Positions 49,901 to 62,600 of a DNA stretch of 64,000 bases are shown here, piece by piece. The stretch lies in the NCBI RefSeq assembly GCF_902713615.1, contig NC_052154.1, forward strand, positions 58,161,615 to 58,225,614, read 5' to 3'. Position numbers and translations under genes: made by a program. The DNA comes from Scyliorhinus canicula (lineage: Eukaryota). Position 1 is the stretch's first letter. Every line of letters starts with the position of its first letter. The notes beneath the pieces are model-generated. The model did not search any database, was not told where the DNA came from, and saw only the letters and a list, made by a program, of their open reading frames with translations.

Positions 49901-52228
49901 CAGCCGAGAATTCCTGGCATGTACATGGTCAAAAATAAAATCTGCGGAGTAACAACAAGCAGACAGCAATTGCTTACAGTCCCAACCATGCAGAGAGAGA
50001 GAGAGAAAGGGAAAGAAACACTACGTATTACTGCTCACTTATTCGCGCCTGACAGGTAATAATGTCACAGAGTGCGGATGGCAGCCACCCCCAGCTGTTT
50101 CGTGAAATCCTGGGTTTCCTTAACCAACCCGGCTAGTCGTCTGTGGCTGAAAGGAATGGGCCCAATGGCACTTCTGGTGCAGGATAATTCCAGCACCATT
50201 GTTAATGAAACAAAGGAGCGGTTTATTTCAAATCATCATCTGGGATCGGGAGAGGGGGGAGACACCAATCCTTGTTCTCCTAACCTCTAAGTTTGATTGA
50301 GCACACCCCTACACCCACAAAGAAAACTTGGGATTTCCATGCTATGTATTCTTTTTAACTATATGGACACTTTCGGAGGTATATCATCACAGGGGATAAT
50401 CACTAATCTTATAAAAAGAACTTTAAACTCTTGATCTCGAAGTGTGTTTATCTAAGCATACGGCCCAGCGCCATGAAAGAGAATGAGCAAGTTCGATCAA
50501 TACATTCTCGATGGTATTATTCTATATTTCACATCGTTCTGGCTTCTTTTAGCAAAGAATAAAATTGATATTCGGAGCAGTTCTACTCATTGTCAAGGGA
50601 CTCCTGCTTTCCTATTCGTGTGCATAATGAGTACAGAGCACGGGTGCGCTGCACATTTATAAGCCCTACCGGAAAATGAGGTAGGTGCCCCACGTTATTT
50701 TGTAAGTAGTCTTTTACACTAAATCTAAAAATAAAACCCCACTTTAGCACGTGAAAACACCTCTGTTATTGTGTTTTTTTCACAACTGGACATCAATTGC
50801 AAGTTGTTCTACAAACATGGTACACGAGGTTCCGTTCCTGTGAAGCTGTTTCTTATTTGACCATGCTCCCCTCCCTCAACCCTGTTAAAAGTTTAGTTGC
50901 CTATTTAATCTACCGCCGCCGTCTCATAATAAACTTCAGTATCCGGACAAGGTGGGAGCCGATAGCTCTTGTACACCCCTTGTCTGCGCCAAGGAGCAAA
51001 AGGTGGCGTTTGCACACTACATAAATAATCATTTGGAGAAAAACCGAAAAAATGGCCTACAAATCGAGTCCATCTGGAGCTGATCGAGATGATCAAAGGC
51101 CCCTGGTTTGCTTGGGCTAAAATGTTAGTCTGTCTGTGTCCTGCGAGCATATTTAGGAAACTCGTTTCTGTACGGGGGGGGGGGGGGGGGGCTGAACAGA
51201 GCCCAACCCTTGACATGAACCCAACAGGGAGACCGCTTTAAGAAAGCATTCACAATACATTTGCAGAAAGGGTGGGATGGCGAACGAGACTTTAAAAAAA
51301 AACAAATACCAACTTTGTTTGAAGTGCTGGCTGGCGCCGCGGATGGGAAAATTGCGCCGCCTCCTAATGAATTGCAAGCTTCTGCATTGCGTATGTCAGT
51401 ATAGGCCTGTTAGTGTAATGAATGGATGGTCATCACTAACGTAAGTAAATCAAAATTACATAGTGTAGACTTAATAACTTCAACTGTTTTCCTAATTGCT
51501 TTAAAATGCCTTGTACAGTATATACAATGAGCTCTGCGCCATTCAGAGACCCCAGGCTTCTTGGAAAACCAATAGATTTTATTAGAAAAAATTATACCTA
51601 ATTTTATGTGCGTTATATATTGGTCTCTCCGGTCCAATTGAGAATTATGTGCACTGCAAAAAAATACTGGTGGATAATTAGTGGTGTACTATTATTTTAT
51701 TGCAAATTATTTATACCGAAATGAAGACTAACCAACAATATCTGGTTTTAAAAACTTTCATGTTAAAACTTGTCATTAATACATGTTGACAATGCGAACG
51801 CAATGAAACCCATGGTTTAATGGTCGATTTTTGAGTCGAAGGAGGTTCAACGAGATTCTACAACAAATGGTTTGGTGGAGATCTATATTTTTTGCTTGTA
51901 TAGGCAATATGTTATGAACGGTAAGTGTTTGTTTGTGTGTGTGTATACCTGCTTGGTTGTTATTTTGGAAAATAATCTGAAGTGACATTTTTAACCTCGC
52001 GCGTTTATTTTTTGACTGTAGGATTAAAGGCCATCCCAAGTTTAACAGATAACAAGGGCCGTAGAGCACATTATGGCGCTACATTACACTTTCTAATGGT
52101 TATATGGGCGAGTGTTAAGGCGTGTCGACCACACATGTATAACATGCATCCGTGCAGGCTGCTTTACAAGGAAAGCGACTGGAGAGGGGCTTAACTGCAC
52201 CACAAGGGTACTTTATCCGCTTAAATGG

Positions 52229-52330
52229 TCACAGCGCAAACGAGCAAATGGTATCGGGGCACATGGTCTCATTGCACGGGAGGGACGGAGTCGATGGGCT
52301 AAATGCCCTACTTCTCAGTCTATACATGGG
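52229..52330 (+). mobile_element. CR1-type 3' tail fragment
   Basis: GGTCTCATTGCACGGGAGGGACGGAGTCGATGGGCTAAATGCCCTACTTCT. Confidence 0.6.
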
Positions 52331-54569
52331 TTTTTGAAACTTTTTGAACATTATTGCCTCATTCTCCACGCTGTTTGAAATGCTCAGGCTGAACCTGTTG
52401 GAAGTCTAGGATGAATGCAAGCTTTCCTGAAGCCTCAACTCTCCAAGGAATCAGGAGTGCATTTGCTAAGCTTTTTGTTGGTTAAAAGAAAAATCTTCAC
52501 TGTTTGAGAAATATTCCGAAATTACGTACCAAACTCCTGATTTTATCTGGTCTTGGCGCCTTTCATCATTTCTGCCTTGGTAAAAGAAAACAATGTTGCT
52601 GCTCGTTCTTGTTGTCGTCTGGACTCTGCTCCTGAGAAGAAGAAATATAAACAGATTCCAGATTTAAAAAAAATAAAACAGCCCGTCAATTCATTATGTA
52701 ATAGGAATCTATTGACAAACGAGGTGATACGTTGTTAATTATTGTTATTATCCAGATGTACAAGTCAAGTTCTGCAATAAGCAGCTTGCACAAACAAACC
52801 ACTAGAGGCACTGACAAGAGGTAGTCTGCCACTTCAGAACAACATCAAATTCAGTTAAAAAGTGTAAAGGGAATCCTATTATTTGACCCGGTTAGATTAT
52901 TAGTAAGGACATCTGCGACTGGCATTTTACCAAGTATTACCAACAACACACCCGGCTGCCAACCCCCCAAAAAAACAATATGTTAATTCCTATCAACCGC
53001 CTTTTCCTTCCTTTTCGATTCTGAAGGGGGAAAACTGAAGAGAAAACAGAAGCGATTGCAAAGCAAATGACTGTTTCTGAAGTTACCTTTTGTGTGCGCC
53101 TATAAGCAATCCTGTGGCATTTTCCTCACAGAAAGGGATTATAAAGCGCCACCGGCGTGGGATTAGGAGAGTTGGACTGGAGTACACTTTCAGTGAAATC
53201 GCAGAGGGGATAAGGGTCTTGCTTTATTTAATCATCAAATCCCGGGAATGAAGCTCTTAATTAATTATGGGCGCTAAAAATTCAGCCCAGCTGTTTCTTG
53301 AGCTTGGCGCAGGCTCGAGTGGAGAAAGACAAACTCTGGGCTGAGAACTACGAGAGCACATTCAGCATAAATCACTTCCTAATGATAGTCCTTGGTGAAA
53401 ATGAACCTGCTAATGACGGATAGTTTATTGTCCTCCAACATTTCTATACCCTGTACAGTACAACACTCTTCAGCTGGTTGTTACCTATTAACGATTTTGC
53501 ACTTCTAAATGTTAAAAGCCTTTTAAATATTTATGCCGAAACTGTAAACTGACCTAGATATGGATTGTCACGATATGATTTACAACTGTATACAATCCAA
53601 ATTGTGGAAAGAGCTACAAAATACAAGATTAGCGGAGGAACAATCCACATTTATTAAGGAAGGAGACTTGGATACCAACGAAAAAGTAGCAAAACACAAA
53701 TAAGCTTGCCCCTTGTTTCTCCAATTCTTCTGGAAGTCTCTGGGGGGAAACGTGTGCTTGTCATTCTTGCAGCTGTTTGATAACACGCTGCACTGTCTTT
53801 AGAATGGTGTTCTGGTCAGACCCTATCAATGAACACTCTGCATGCTAAAATAAAAAAAAATCATGACAGTTCTCCTTTCCCCTCCCCCCTGTAACATTTA
53901 CTTCCTCGTTCTTTTTAACCACCCTAGTGGATTTATCATGTACGTGTGTCTAACTGGTCAACTCCACGCAGTATTGTAAATATTGATATGCTCTGAACTA
54001 TAGCAAGCGTCGACACAATCGAAAGCAGGAAATACATTCCACACAATGGATTGCGCAGGGATTGGGGTGCATTTCGAGATCAGTTGCATTTGCGCGCGTT
54101 TTAACCTCAAAGCTGGAACTGGTTTCGGTTTTGCACGGAGGCCGAGAGTCATTAAGGCGTGAAATTTTCTCAATACGGTTACGCAAGCGGCACCACTTGG
54201 TAAGGTCGAACGTTCTCGTCAAACCTTGAAATGACCCCACCTGATGGAGTGGCAAGTTTCCAAACTTTGCTACTGTTAAACAAAATAAAGCGAAGAACTC
54301 ACTGCCCCTTTTAGTTTTTGCTGATGTTAAAAATGGACTGGCATTCAGATGCCCAGGAGTAGAACCGTGCACACGGGTGGTACACGCGCATCAGTCCTGT
54401 TTGGCAGCGTAGGAATTTGCTATCCTTCATGCAACCTTCATTTGGGGCATTGCTGAAAATAGTTGCAGTCCAGCTTTATATTTTAATTAAAGATGGTTCT
54501 AATCATGTACAATATTGCAACTTGAAGAACGGCTGGGCTTCTTTATTGCATCTCTGTGACATTCTAACT

Positions 54570-54990
54570 GCTTCCAGATTAATTCATCCATCAACCCATG
54601 TGCTTTGGCTGCAAGCAAGCCAACATCTCAGCTTTAAAATTCTCATCCTTGCATCTATGATCTCACTCCTTTGCCATCTCACCTCCAGCCCTACAACCCT
54701 CCAAGATCTCTGCGTTCTGCTAATTCTGTCCTCTTGCATAGCACAGATTTTCATCACACCATCATTGGCCAGAATTTCAGCTGCCTGGGTCCTTAATTTG
54801 GAATTTCCCTCCTTAACCTTCCCACTTTTCTGTCTATTTGTCTTCCTTTAACCTTAAACCTAACTTCTTAAACCTACCTCTTTGACCAATCTGTGTCACC
54901 TGTTTTAACATCTCATTATGCATACACTCCTGTGGAAGCACCTTGGGATGCTTTTCTACATTCAAGATGTCACATATATGGAGGTATAAC
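54570..54990 (+). mobile_element. L2-type LINE 3' end
   Basis: WL....L.FKILIL...LQPYNPPRSLRS...WN.L-type remnant and tail GAAGCACCTTGGGATG.TTTTCTACATT. Confidence 0.7.
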
Positions 54991-55362
54991 TTGTTGCCAC
55001 GAATTTTATCACATAGTAGTCAGATCAAACCATGTTTTCCTTCTGTGATGGAGTTAACCTTAGGTTCTGCTAACTTCAGTTGGATATGGGGCATATAGGG
55101 CTGATTCCAGAAATCTTATCGCCCCAGTTATGCCATTGGACAATATTCAGTAATAGTTCTCAATGACAGTAGACACTGCACAGCCGCAAATCCTGCCTCC
55201 CCCCCCCCCCCCCATCTCCGCCACCAAATCATCAAGTGTGACATCTTCATTTTCACCCGTCTGACTTACGTTAAAACAATTCTAAGCCTAACTTCAGCCG
55301 CACAACCTCTTATCAGTTGCTGCTCTGCCCAGTGAATGTATGCCTCAAGAATAGTAAAATGA

Positions 55363-55586
55363 GGGCAGCACGGTGGCTCAGTAGGTTAGCACTGCAGTCT
55401 CACGGCGCTGAGGTCCCAGGTTCGATCCCGGCTCTGGGTCACTGTCCGTGTGGAGTTTGCACAATCTCCCCGTGTTTGCGTGGGTTTCGCCCCCACAACC
55501 CAAAGATGTGCAAGGTAGGTGGATTGAACATGCTAAATTGCCCCTTAATTGGAAAAAATTAATTGGGTACTCTAAATTTAAAAAAA
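55363..55586 (+). mobile_element. tRNA/V-type SINE with poly(A) tail and perfect 16-bp TSD
   Basis: TSD AAGAATAGTAAAATGA at 55347-55362 and 55587-55602. B-box GGTTCGATCCC. Confidence 0.95.
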
Positions 55587-58500
55587 AAGAATAGTAAAAT
55601 GACTGTGAAACTATAACAGTAAACTTGCAAAAAGAATTTATGGCACAAAATTAACATTTTACTGGCAACCGTTAACTACAAAACTACATGCAACAATCCA
55701 GATAATTTTAATTTCTATTGAGATGTTATTATAGGCAGTATGTTCGGATGCATGGAAAGATGCCAATGAGAAAACTGCCATTATGCAATAGTTTGCATGA
55801 AATAATCTGAATATATCAAATCAGTAAGGAGAAAGAGAGAGCATAATAAAGAAACACCAACCAGAATGGCAAAATTGATCAGGGAGTGGCTTCTGAAAAA
55901 GCAACCAAAAAGGTTCTTAAAAATGCCACGGGAGAGGTGGAGAGCCTTGCGAAGGAGAGAAACAAGCATAGAGATGGATAGATGTACAGATTCAGCAAGA
56001 CACAGAACAGGAAGAAGGAGCGGCAAATTGAGATCAATGAGAGGAGAGAAGGATGAAAACATTCTGATAGTGAGTTGGTCATGATAAAGATGCAGACTGT
56101 GAGGAAATAAAATTACATACAGGAAACAGAAGCTACGTCTGATAAGGCAAGAGCAAGTGAATAAGTTGTATGTCAATGCAGTATTATTAATTTCCTTCAT
56201 CTATCTCTCACTCTATCATGAGGTTGCATTTTAATTTATCTTGGGGAAAGATAGTTTAGCTGCACATGAATCTGAAAGGGCCATTTTTTGTAAGGGAGCA
56301 GTGGGCAAACATTGTAAATAGTGTCAACAATAGTATATGAGTCCCATAAACTATCAACCAATGTGCCTGGAGATTATACATGTAGTAAAAATACACAAAC
56401 TAGATTCCTTCTATAAAGCTGTTTAGGGAGCTACATAAAATGTATCACATTGCAAAGGGGATATCATTGAAAGGCTGTCATACATAGTTGGTTAGGGAAT
56501 GGAACCACAAGTAACATTTACTGTCCCTAAGGGTAGGCTACAGTTATAGTGAGGAATTAATGCTCATGTGCATATGTGTGTGTTGCTTACCTCGCGAAGA
56601 CAAATTGTTAAAGTATTCCCTGTATATGTATGTGTCCATTATATAGTATGTGTATGTGTGCACACTTCGATAGTGCCAGATAGAATTTGATAGCAGATCT
56701 ATTAAGTAAAGGACCACATTTGATTACTGTGCTTTCATAATTACCTAACTTGCTCGCAGTCTCTTCACAGTTGTTTCAGAGTATTATTTTTAGAGGTATT
56801 AGAGATAAAAGTCATCATTTTTATTTATTGGTAAAATGGCACAATTTGCCCAGACATCCCTTTTACTTAAAGAAATAGGCTTTTATTCGCTGAAACCAAA
56901 CCAGACTCTTTGCTTAAGCTTGATGGATGCAAATGTAAATGCGCACTTATTTAATTGGATCAGGTCCCAAGATAAAAGAGATAAACGGCTCCCAGTTTGC
57001 CAAGTTATTTTCAGAGGCATGCAGTGATGTGTGTAGCGAAAGTTAATGAAGAAGCAAAGAGACAAACTGTACTTAAAATACCTTGGGTCTAGACTTGTTG
57101 AAAGGAAGCCTAGAGTTTTTTTTTGCATGTAGGAGAATTTGAGAGAAGCATTGACATGCCCTTCAGTGGAACAGGTGGTGGTTTGTGGAGGATATCTGCT
57201 AAACATTACTGAAATAACAGGCAACCGTGGAGAGATCAATTTTTCTCTGGATGATGGCCTGGTAATACCTGATGAATTAAAATGCTGCATCAAGTTTCAT
57301 CAGTGTGCACTTTTTGTTCTTTGATTGCACTTCAAGCAATTACTTCACCTCATAGTGTGCAATCAAGCATCAACTGCAAAAGCAATTATTACAAAAATGC
57401 CTATATCACTGTATTTACTTGTTTTATCTCTGTGGTTACATCCATATGCATGAGCCATTAACAGACAGTTATTGATACAAACACAGATTTTGTTGCTAAA
57501 GGCCTTCCAAAACAAATTCTCCGGCTGAGTGCCAACGTATGCATGTTGGCTTGGTGCAAGCTGATTAGTGAGATGATTTACAGCCTAACAGAAAGGATGA
57601 TACTGTCAAGGCAGCAATTCAAAAAGACAAGATAGCACACCCGCAAGGCTTCGTTCATGTTAACGCAAACCACCCAACAAATCAAGTCCTACACCACAAA
57701 TACCTGAAACAGTCAAACAATCAATTGGCTGCAGATTAAATGCAGTCTCTATTACCAGTTTCTCTGGTAATTTGTTACGCTGACAATAGTATCTCCCAGC
57801 TGTATGAAACCACCCCTCCTCACCTGTCCAACTGCGTGAGAATGGAGATATTTCAGGACCGCAGCAGGGCACCTAATACAACAGTTGCAATATTGCTTCT
57901 GTTTTCTACCCTTACAAATGGCAAGACAATAAGTCTGAATGGTGGCCCACAAAGCACAGGGGTCAAATGCTGCAATTTCAGCTACATACAGTTGTTCCTT
58001 TTGTCCCCAGACTTTTCCTCCATGTTCATTAATAATAAAACAAAATCTTTCTCTTCACTCGCTGCCCTTGATGGAGAAAACCTCACTCTGTAATAAACTT
58101 AGGGACTTTGATCTTAGACCATTCACTTAGGTCTTTATTTTAGCTGAAATCAGTGGCAAAACTATGTGAACTTATTGTTCACACTTGCTGCGCTTCTGGT
58201 TTAGAAAGGACTGATTTATTAGCTTGTCAAGGGAAGCATTGTTCAAGAAGGCAATCAAAAAGCACTTACCTAGCTAAACTAAAATTACTGGCTTTTCACT
58301 GGCTAATTTGTATAACTCCCATGGAGCAGCTTGGAAAAGGTTTGATGAGGCATAAAATGATGATTAATGAATTTATTGCCCTAGTGCTCATCAAATAGGA
58401 GTGTGATTTGTTCTCTTGGTGTAATGTCTGTTGCATATAGAGAATAGCCAGAAACATGACTTTCAGTATCTGAGCGCATTTTGATATTGGATTAATCAGG

Positions 58501-61500
58501 TATCGACAGAATATATCATAACATATATCATATGTCTATACTATGCATAATGATGCAGATCCTAGCTGCCCTTGTGTTTTACATTTAATTTGTAGATTTT
58601 GGCTTCTCCATTGATATCCTGATTCACCTCTCCTCATTCTTAGCCTTTCCTAGCACTTATGCCACCTGCATCCATTCTTGACTCCACAGCTAAACTTCAC
58701 AACTGTTTGTACTCCTGAATTCATTGTCCACTTCCTTGCTGCTCACTGATTTTTCTTTTCCCCCAGCACATTTGCCCTTGCTGTGGCATTTCAAGTCCTT
58801 TCTATCCTGTGTCATAGACCCTTCCCCCATTGATTGAAGATGTTTGTGGCCTGTCTGAACCTTTGCTGTTCAAATCCACTTATCTGAGACGCTCTCTCTT
58901 TAAGTCACTTTAAAGTCTCCTTTTAAATCTCCCCATTCATTTTGCTGGTTGGGTCAGATTAGGACCTAGCGAAATCCAAAAGAAAAACACAAGATGTTGC
59001 AGCATCCCCTGGGCACGGGCAATAACTGCAATGAGACTCCCGCTGAAGTACAGCATCAGAATGATTCAAAAGAGAAGTAAGGACAGTATTTAATAGAAAG
59101 AAAGATAGTGAAAATACACAACATTTAGAAAATAAAGTTTTAGCCAAAGAATTTAAAAAGGAAAATGAACACAACCTAATGCAGGATTAAGAGAAAAAAG
59201 GGAATATTTCTAAATAGAAGCAGAAGAAATAAAGTGCATGGAAAAGAAAGTCAGAGAAAAGAATACATTTTAATGGAGGCTTGTCTGGTATCATTGGTCT
59301 GGGCAGTAAATGTGATATTTGAGCTAATGACAAATGATGGCATTGGTCTATTCATACAGGTTAAAAACTCAGTTCAGCGGTTCTAATATGATCTCCTTCT
59401 AATTCTTTCTGACCCATGTGACCTGTTAAATTTTTAGATGTAACAGTGGCAACATTAGGGGACTGGGGAGACAAAGGATGATTTGATAGGAGGTTAAATG
59501 AGAAATGTGAGGAAAGGTGCTGCAGGGATATATCTGCTCAGTTTTCGGCCCTTGGCTGCTTTGACTATTGAAGTGGTTAAATGAAGTAATAGGATAATGC
59601 GAAAGACAAACTGACACAAAAGTCTTTAGGTTTAAAATAGAAAAGGCACAACTAAGCGATAAATTAAATATTGACTAAAGTGACAATGGATGACATGTCA
59701 GATGCATCAAGATGAAGAAATTCTGATTATCCTTGCAAGCACTGCTGTTCATTTTCAAGAAGGCAAAACATACTTAAATAAGTATATTTCAATTTCATAA
59801 CATTTACGACTCAGTGTGATAAGCACTGTGCAGGATCATGATATAATGGTATAATAAATATTCTGTGATGTGCAGTCATGATATTTGTTTGTTTCAGACA
59901 ATAAACTAAATACCAATATCACTTCTTATCTATTAAGATGATATAGTGTTATTTCTAGCCCAATCATGTAATTTATTCACAGCAGCCTGCCATTCATTGA
60001 GTCTGCCGTGATATTCCGTGATAAAAATGGAACAAGAGCACAGGGTAAGAAATAATTCACTCATTGCATTACAGAAAATAACATGCACTGTAATGAGTTC
60101 CAGTATTTCTGATGAAGTAATAAACTGCTCAAACTCTGCTCTTACTGTCCATGTCATCATAGTAACTCTTTGGTTTGTGCGTGATCGATAACACACCAAG
60201 GGTGCATTTGTATTTCATCTGTAGAGCTCAAATTCACCCACCCCTAAATTCTCTTCAATCACATCAGCACTGCGAAAATGTGATCTCTGCTTGCAGGGAT
60301 TCCTTTGTTGGTCATGCCATTATGTCACAATGTTCATGGCTCAAACATTTCAGCTAATTTTTTAAAAATAAAGTTATTTGGCGATGAATCCTCGGGAGGG
60401 ATGGACTATTTGGAATTCTTTTTAATTTAATTTTCCCCTTCTCCCAACCCTTAGTTCTGCTAAATTCAAATGCAGTAATGTCAATTTTGCTTGAGCCTGG
60501 GAACAGCAGTTCAGGCTTGAAACTGTCATGCATTGGGAATAGAGAGGCAAATTTCGAGATCAATTCAATTTGCCAGATACTCTGTTTATATGCAATCTTC
60601 AGTGCCTCTGTGATTCACTGCACCACAACACTAAGGATATTGGGTAAATATGCACTTCTGCTGCACTTCTACTGCAACTGTAACAGTTACAAAGCTGTTG
60701 CGTAAATAAAGTGAGAAACGTTTGAGTTTTTTCTAGCATGAGGATTTGTACATACGATTTTCACTAGAATTGATATACATCTTATGTCATTTGTCAAAGG
60801 AGAAACTGTTCCTTTAGTTTTCAGAAATTATAAGTGCTTCTCTGACTCATGATAGATTAGCATAAATAATGATAATTTGATGTTTAAAAATGTGCTTAAT
60901 TTTTGTGATGCCCAAATGCATCATCCCCTGCATTTGTATGTGCTCTCCATCCTGACTCTATTCTATTTGTACCTAATTCTTAATTTTTTGGTTTGTCCTG
61001 TTTGAATCTTATGGATTGGGAAGTTTGGTGAGAACATTTTTTAGTAAATACAGCCACTGGTGGCTCAATTCAAAATCCGAACACCCAGTGCGATTGGCAT
61101 CAGCAGTTTGGAGTTATGCAAAAATAATAGTAACATTAGCATTTAATGTTTGGCCCCTAAGTGCTTTTGGTAGCTGCATGTTTTTAATTTGGACACCATG
61201 GATGCCAGGAATAAAAACCTCTTGAGATGGTCCCTAGTTCTTCCAGACGCAGCAATGTTCCATTTACCTTATGACACCACTGTCTAGGTTGGGCTATTTT
61301 CATTGGCAGCATAGTAATGTAAAGAGGCCACTGAGTAGCTCATCATGGTGATAACTGTGAGGAGTGCATTGGTGCATTGGGACAGTGCTCCTCTGATATT
61401 GAAATTAAGGGACATTTTGTTACAGAGTATAGAGAGTCATGCTTTACCAGAATAGAGAGTGGCTGATTTTGATTATAAATACAAAACATTAAAACATGGC

Positions 61501-62299
61501 AGTATTGACATCTTTCATCTAATTAAGACAAATCTGCCCCCGCACACTAACACACACACACACACAAAACAGAAACACCTATTATGTTCAGGATAATTCT
61601 TTTTGGAAGCAATACAGACAAGTTCATTTACTAAATGATTTTGTAAATTTTAAACGATTTTACAGTCTGTTCATTAAAAGGTCATATGTTTCTGGGAGTG
61701 CTATTATCACAGAAAGAAGGAGAAGCTCATAAAAATGCTTGTGAATTATCAGTTAACAGAGCTATCACTGCAACTGCCAGAAATGTTTTCGACATTCCGA
61801 AGAAGACATTTTTGCTATTACTGTGTAATATTTCAGAACATCAGCACCTTCAGTGTGTGGCATGGAGCAGGGTTTGATTGATTTCCAGTAAATACAGTTT
61901 ATGTCAATATAAGTAAAGAGATGGTATTAATAATAAGCATAATGTTAGACAGCAATAGTTTGCAGACATAATTGCTTTAATGTGGGCAATTAAGACTAAG
62001 TGCATGTGGTTTTAGTGACTGCCCTACATTCCTTTGGATGATTACAGTGATCAATGCATGTGATTTGTAAGTAGCTTCATATTGATCAAACAGTAGAACA
62101 TTCAACCTTGAAGAAGTCATTTGCCATGACACGAAATGCAGTATTCTTTTATGCTATCAAGTTATGTTTATCTTTAAACTGATTATCTCTTTATTGATAG
62201 CTGCAAAGTTTACGTCCCAGAATACTTATGGATATTATTTTGTAATGTTATCCATTAATGTTCATGTAAATAAATGGCTTTTGCATTTTAATGTAGCAG

Positions 62300-62597
62300 A
62301 AAATAGGCTGAAAGGTAAGATGGTAGAGACGCAGTGGCAGACATTTAAGAAGATATTTCATAACTCTCAATAAAGATATATTCCATTGAGAAAGAATGAC
62401 TGTGAAAAGGATGAACAAAACCTGGCTAAGTAAGGAAATTAAGGATGGTATCAAATTGAAAGAAAAGGCATACAATGTTGTTACAAAGATTAGGGGTAGG
62501 AGAAGGTTAGGAAAAATTTTAGAAATCAGCAATGGATGTCTAAAAAAAGAGATGAAATGATAATATGAGTGTAAACTAGCAAGAAATTTTAAAACAG
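62300..62597 (+). mobile_element. CR1-type LINE ORF2 fragment
   Basis: LKGKMVETQWQTFK..FH, WLSKEIKDGIKLKEKAY, YECKLARNFKT. Confidence 0.75.
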
Positions 62598-62600
62598 AGG

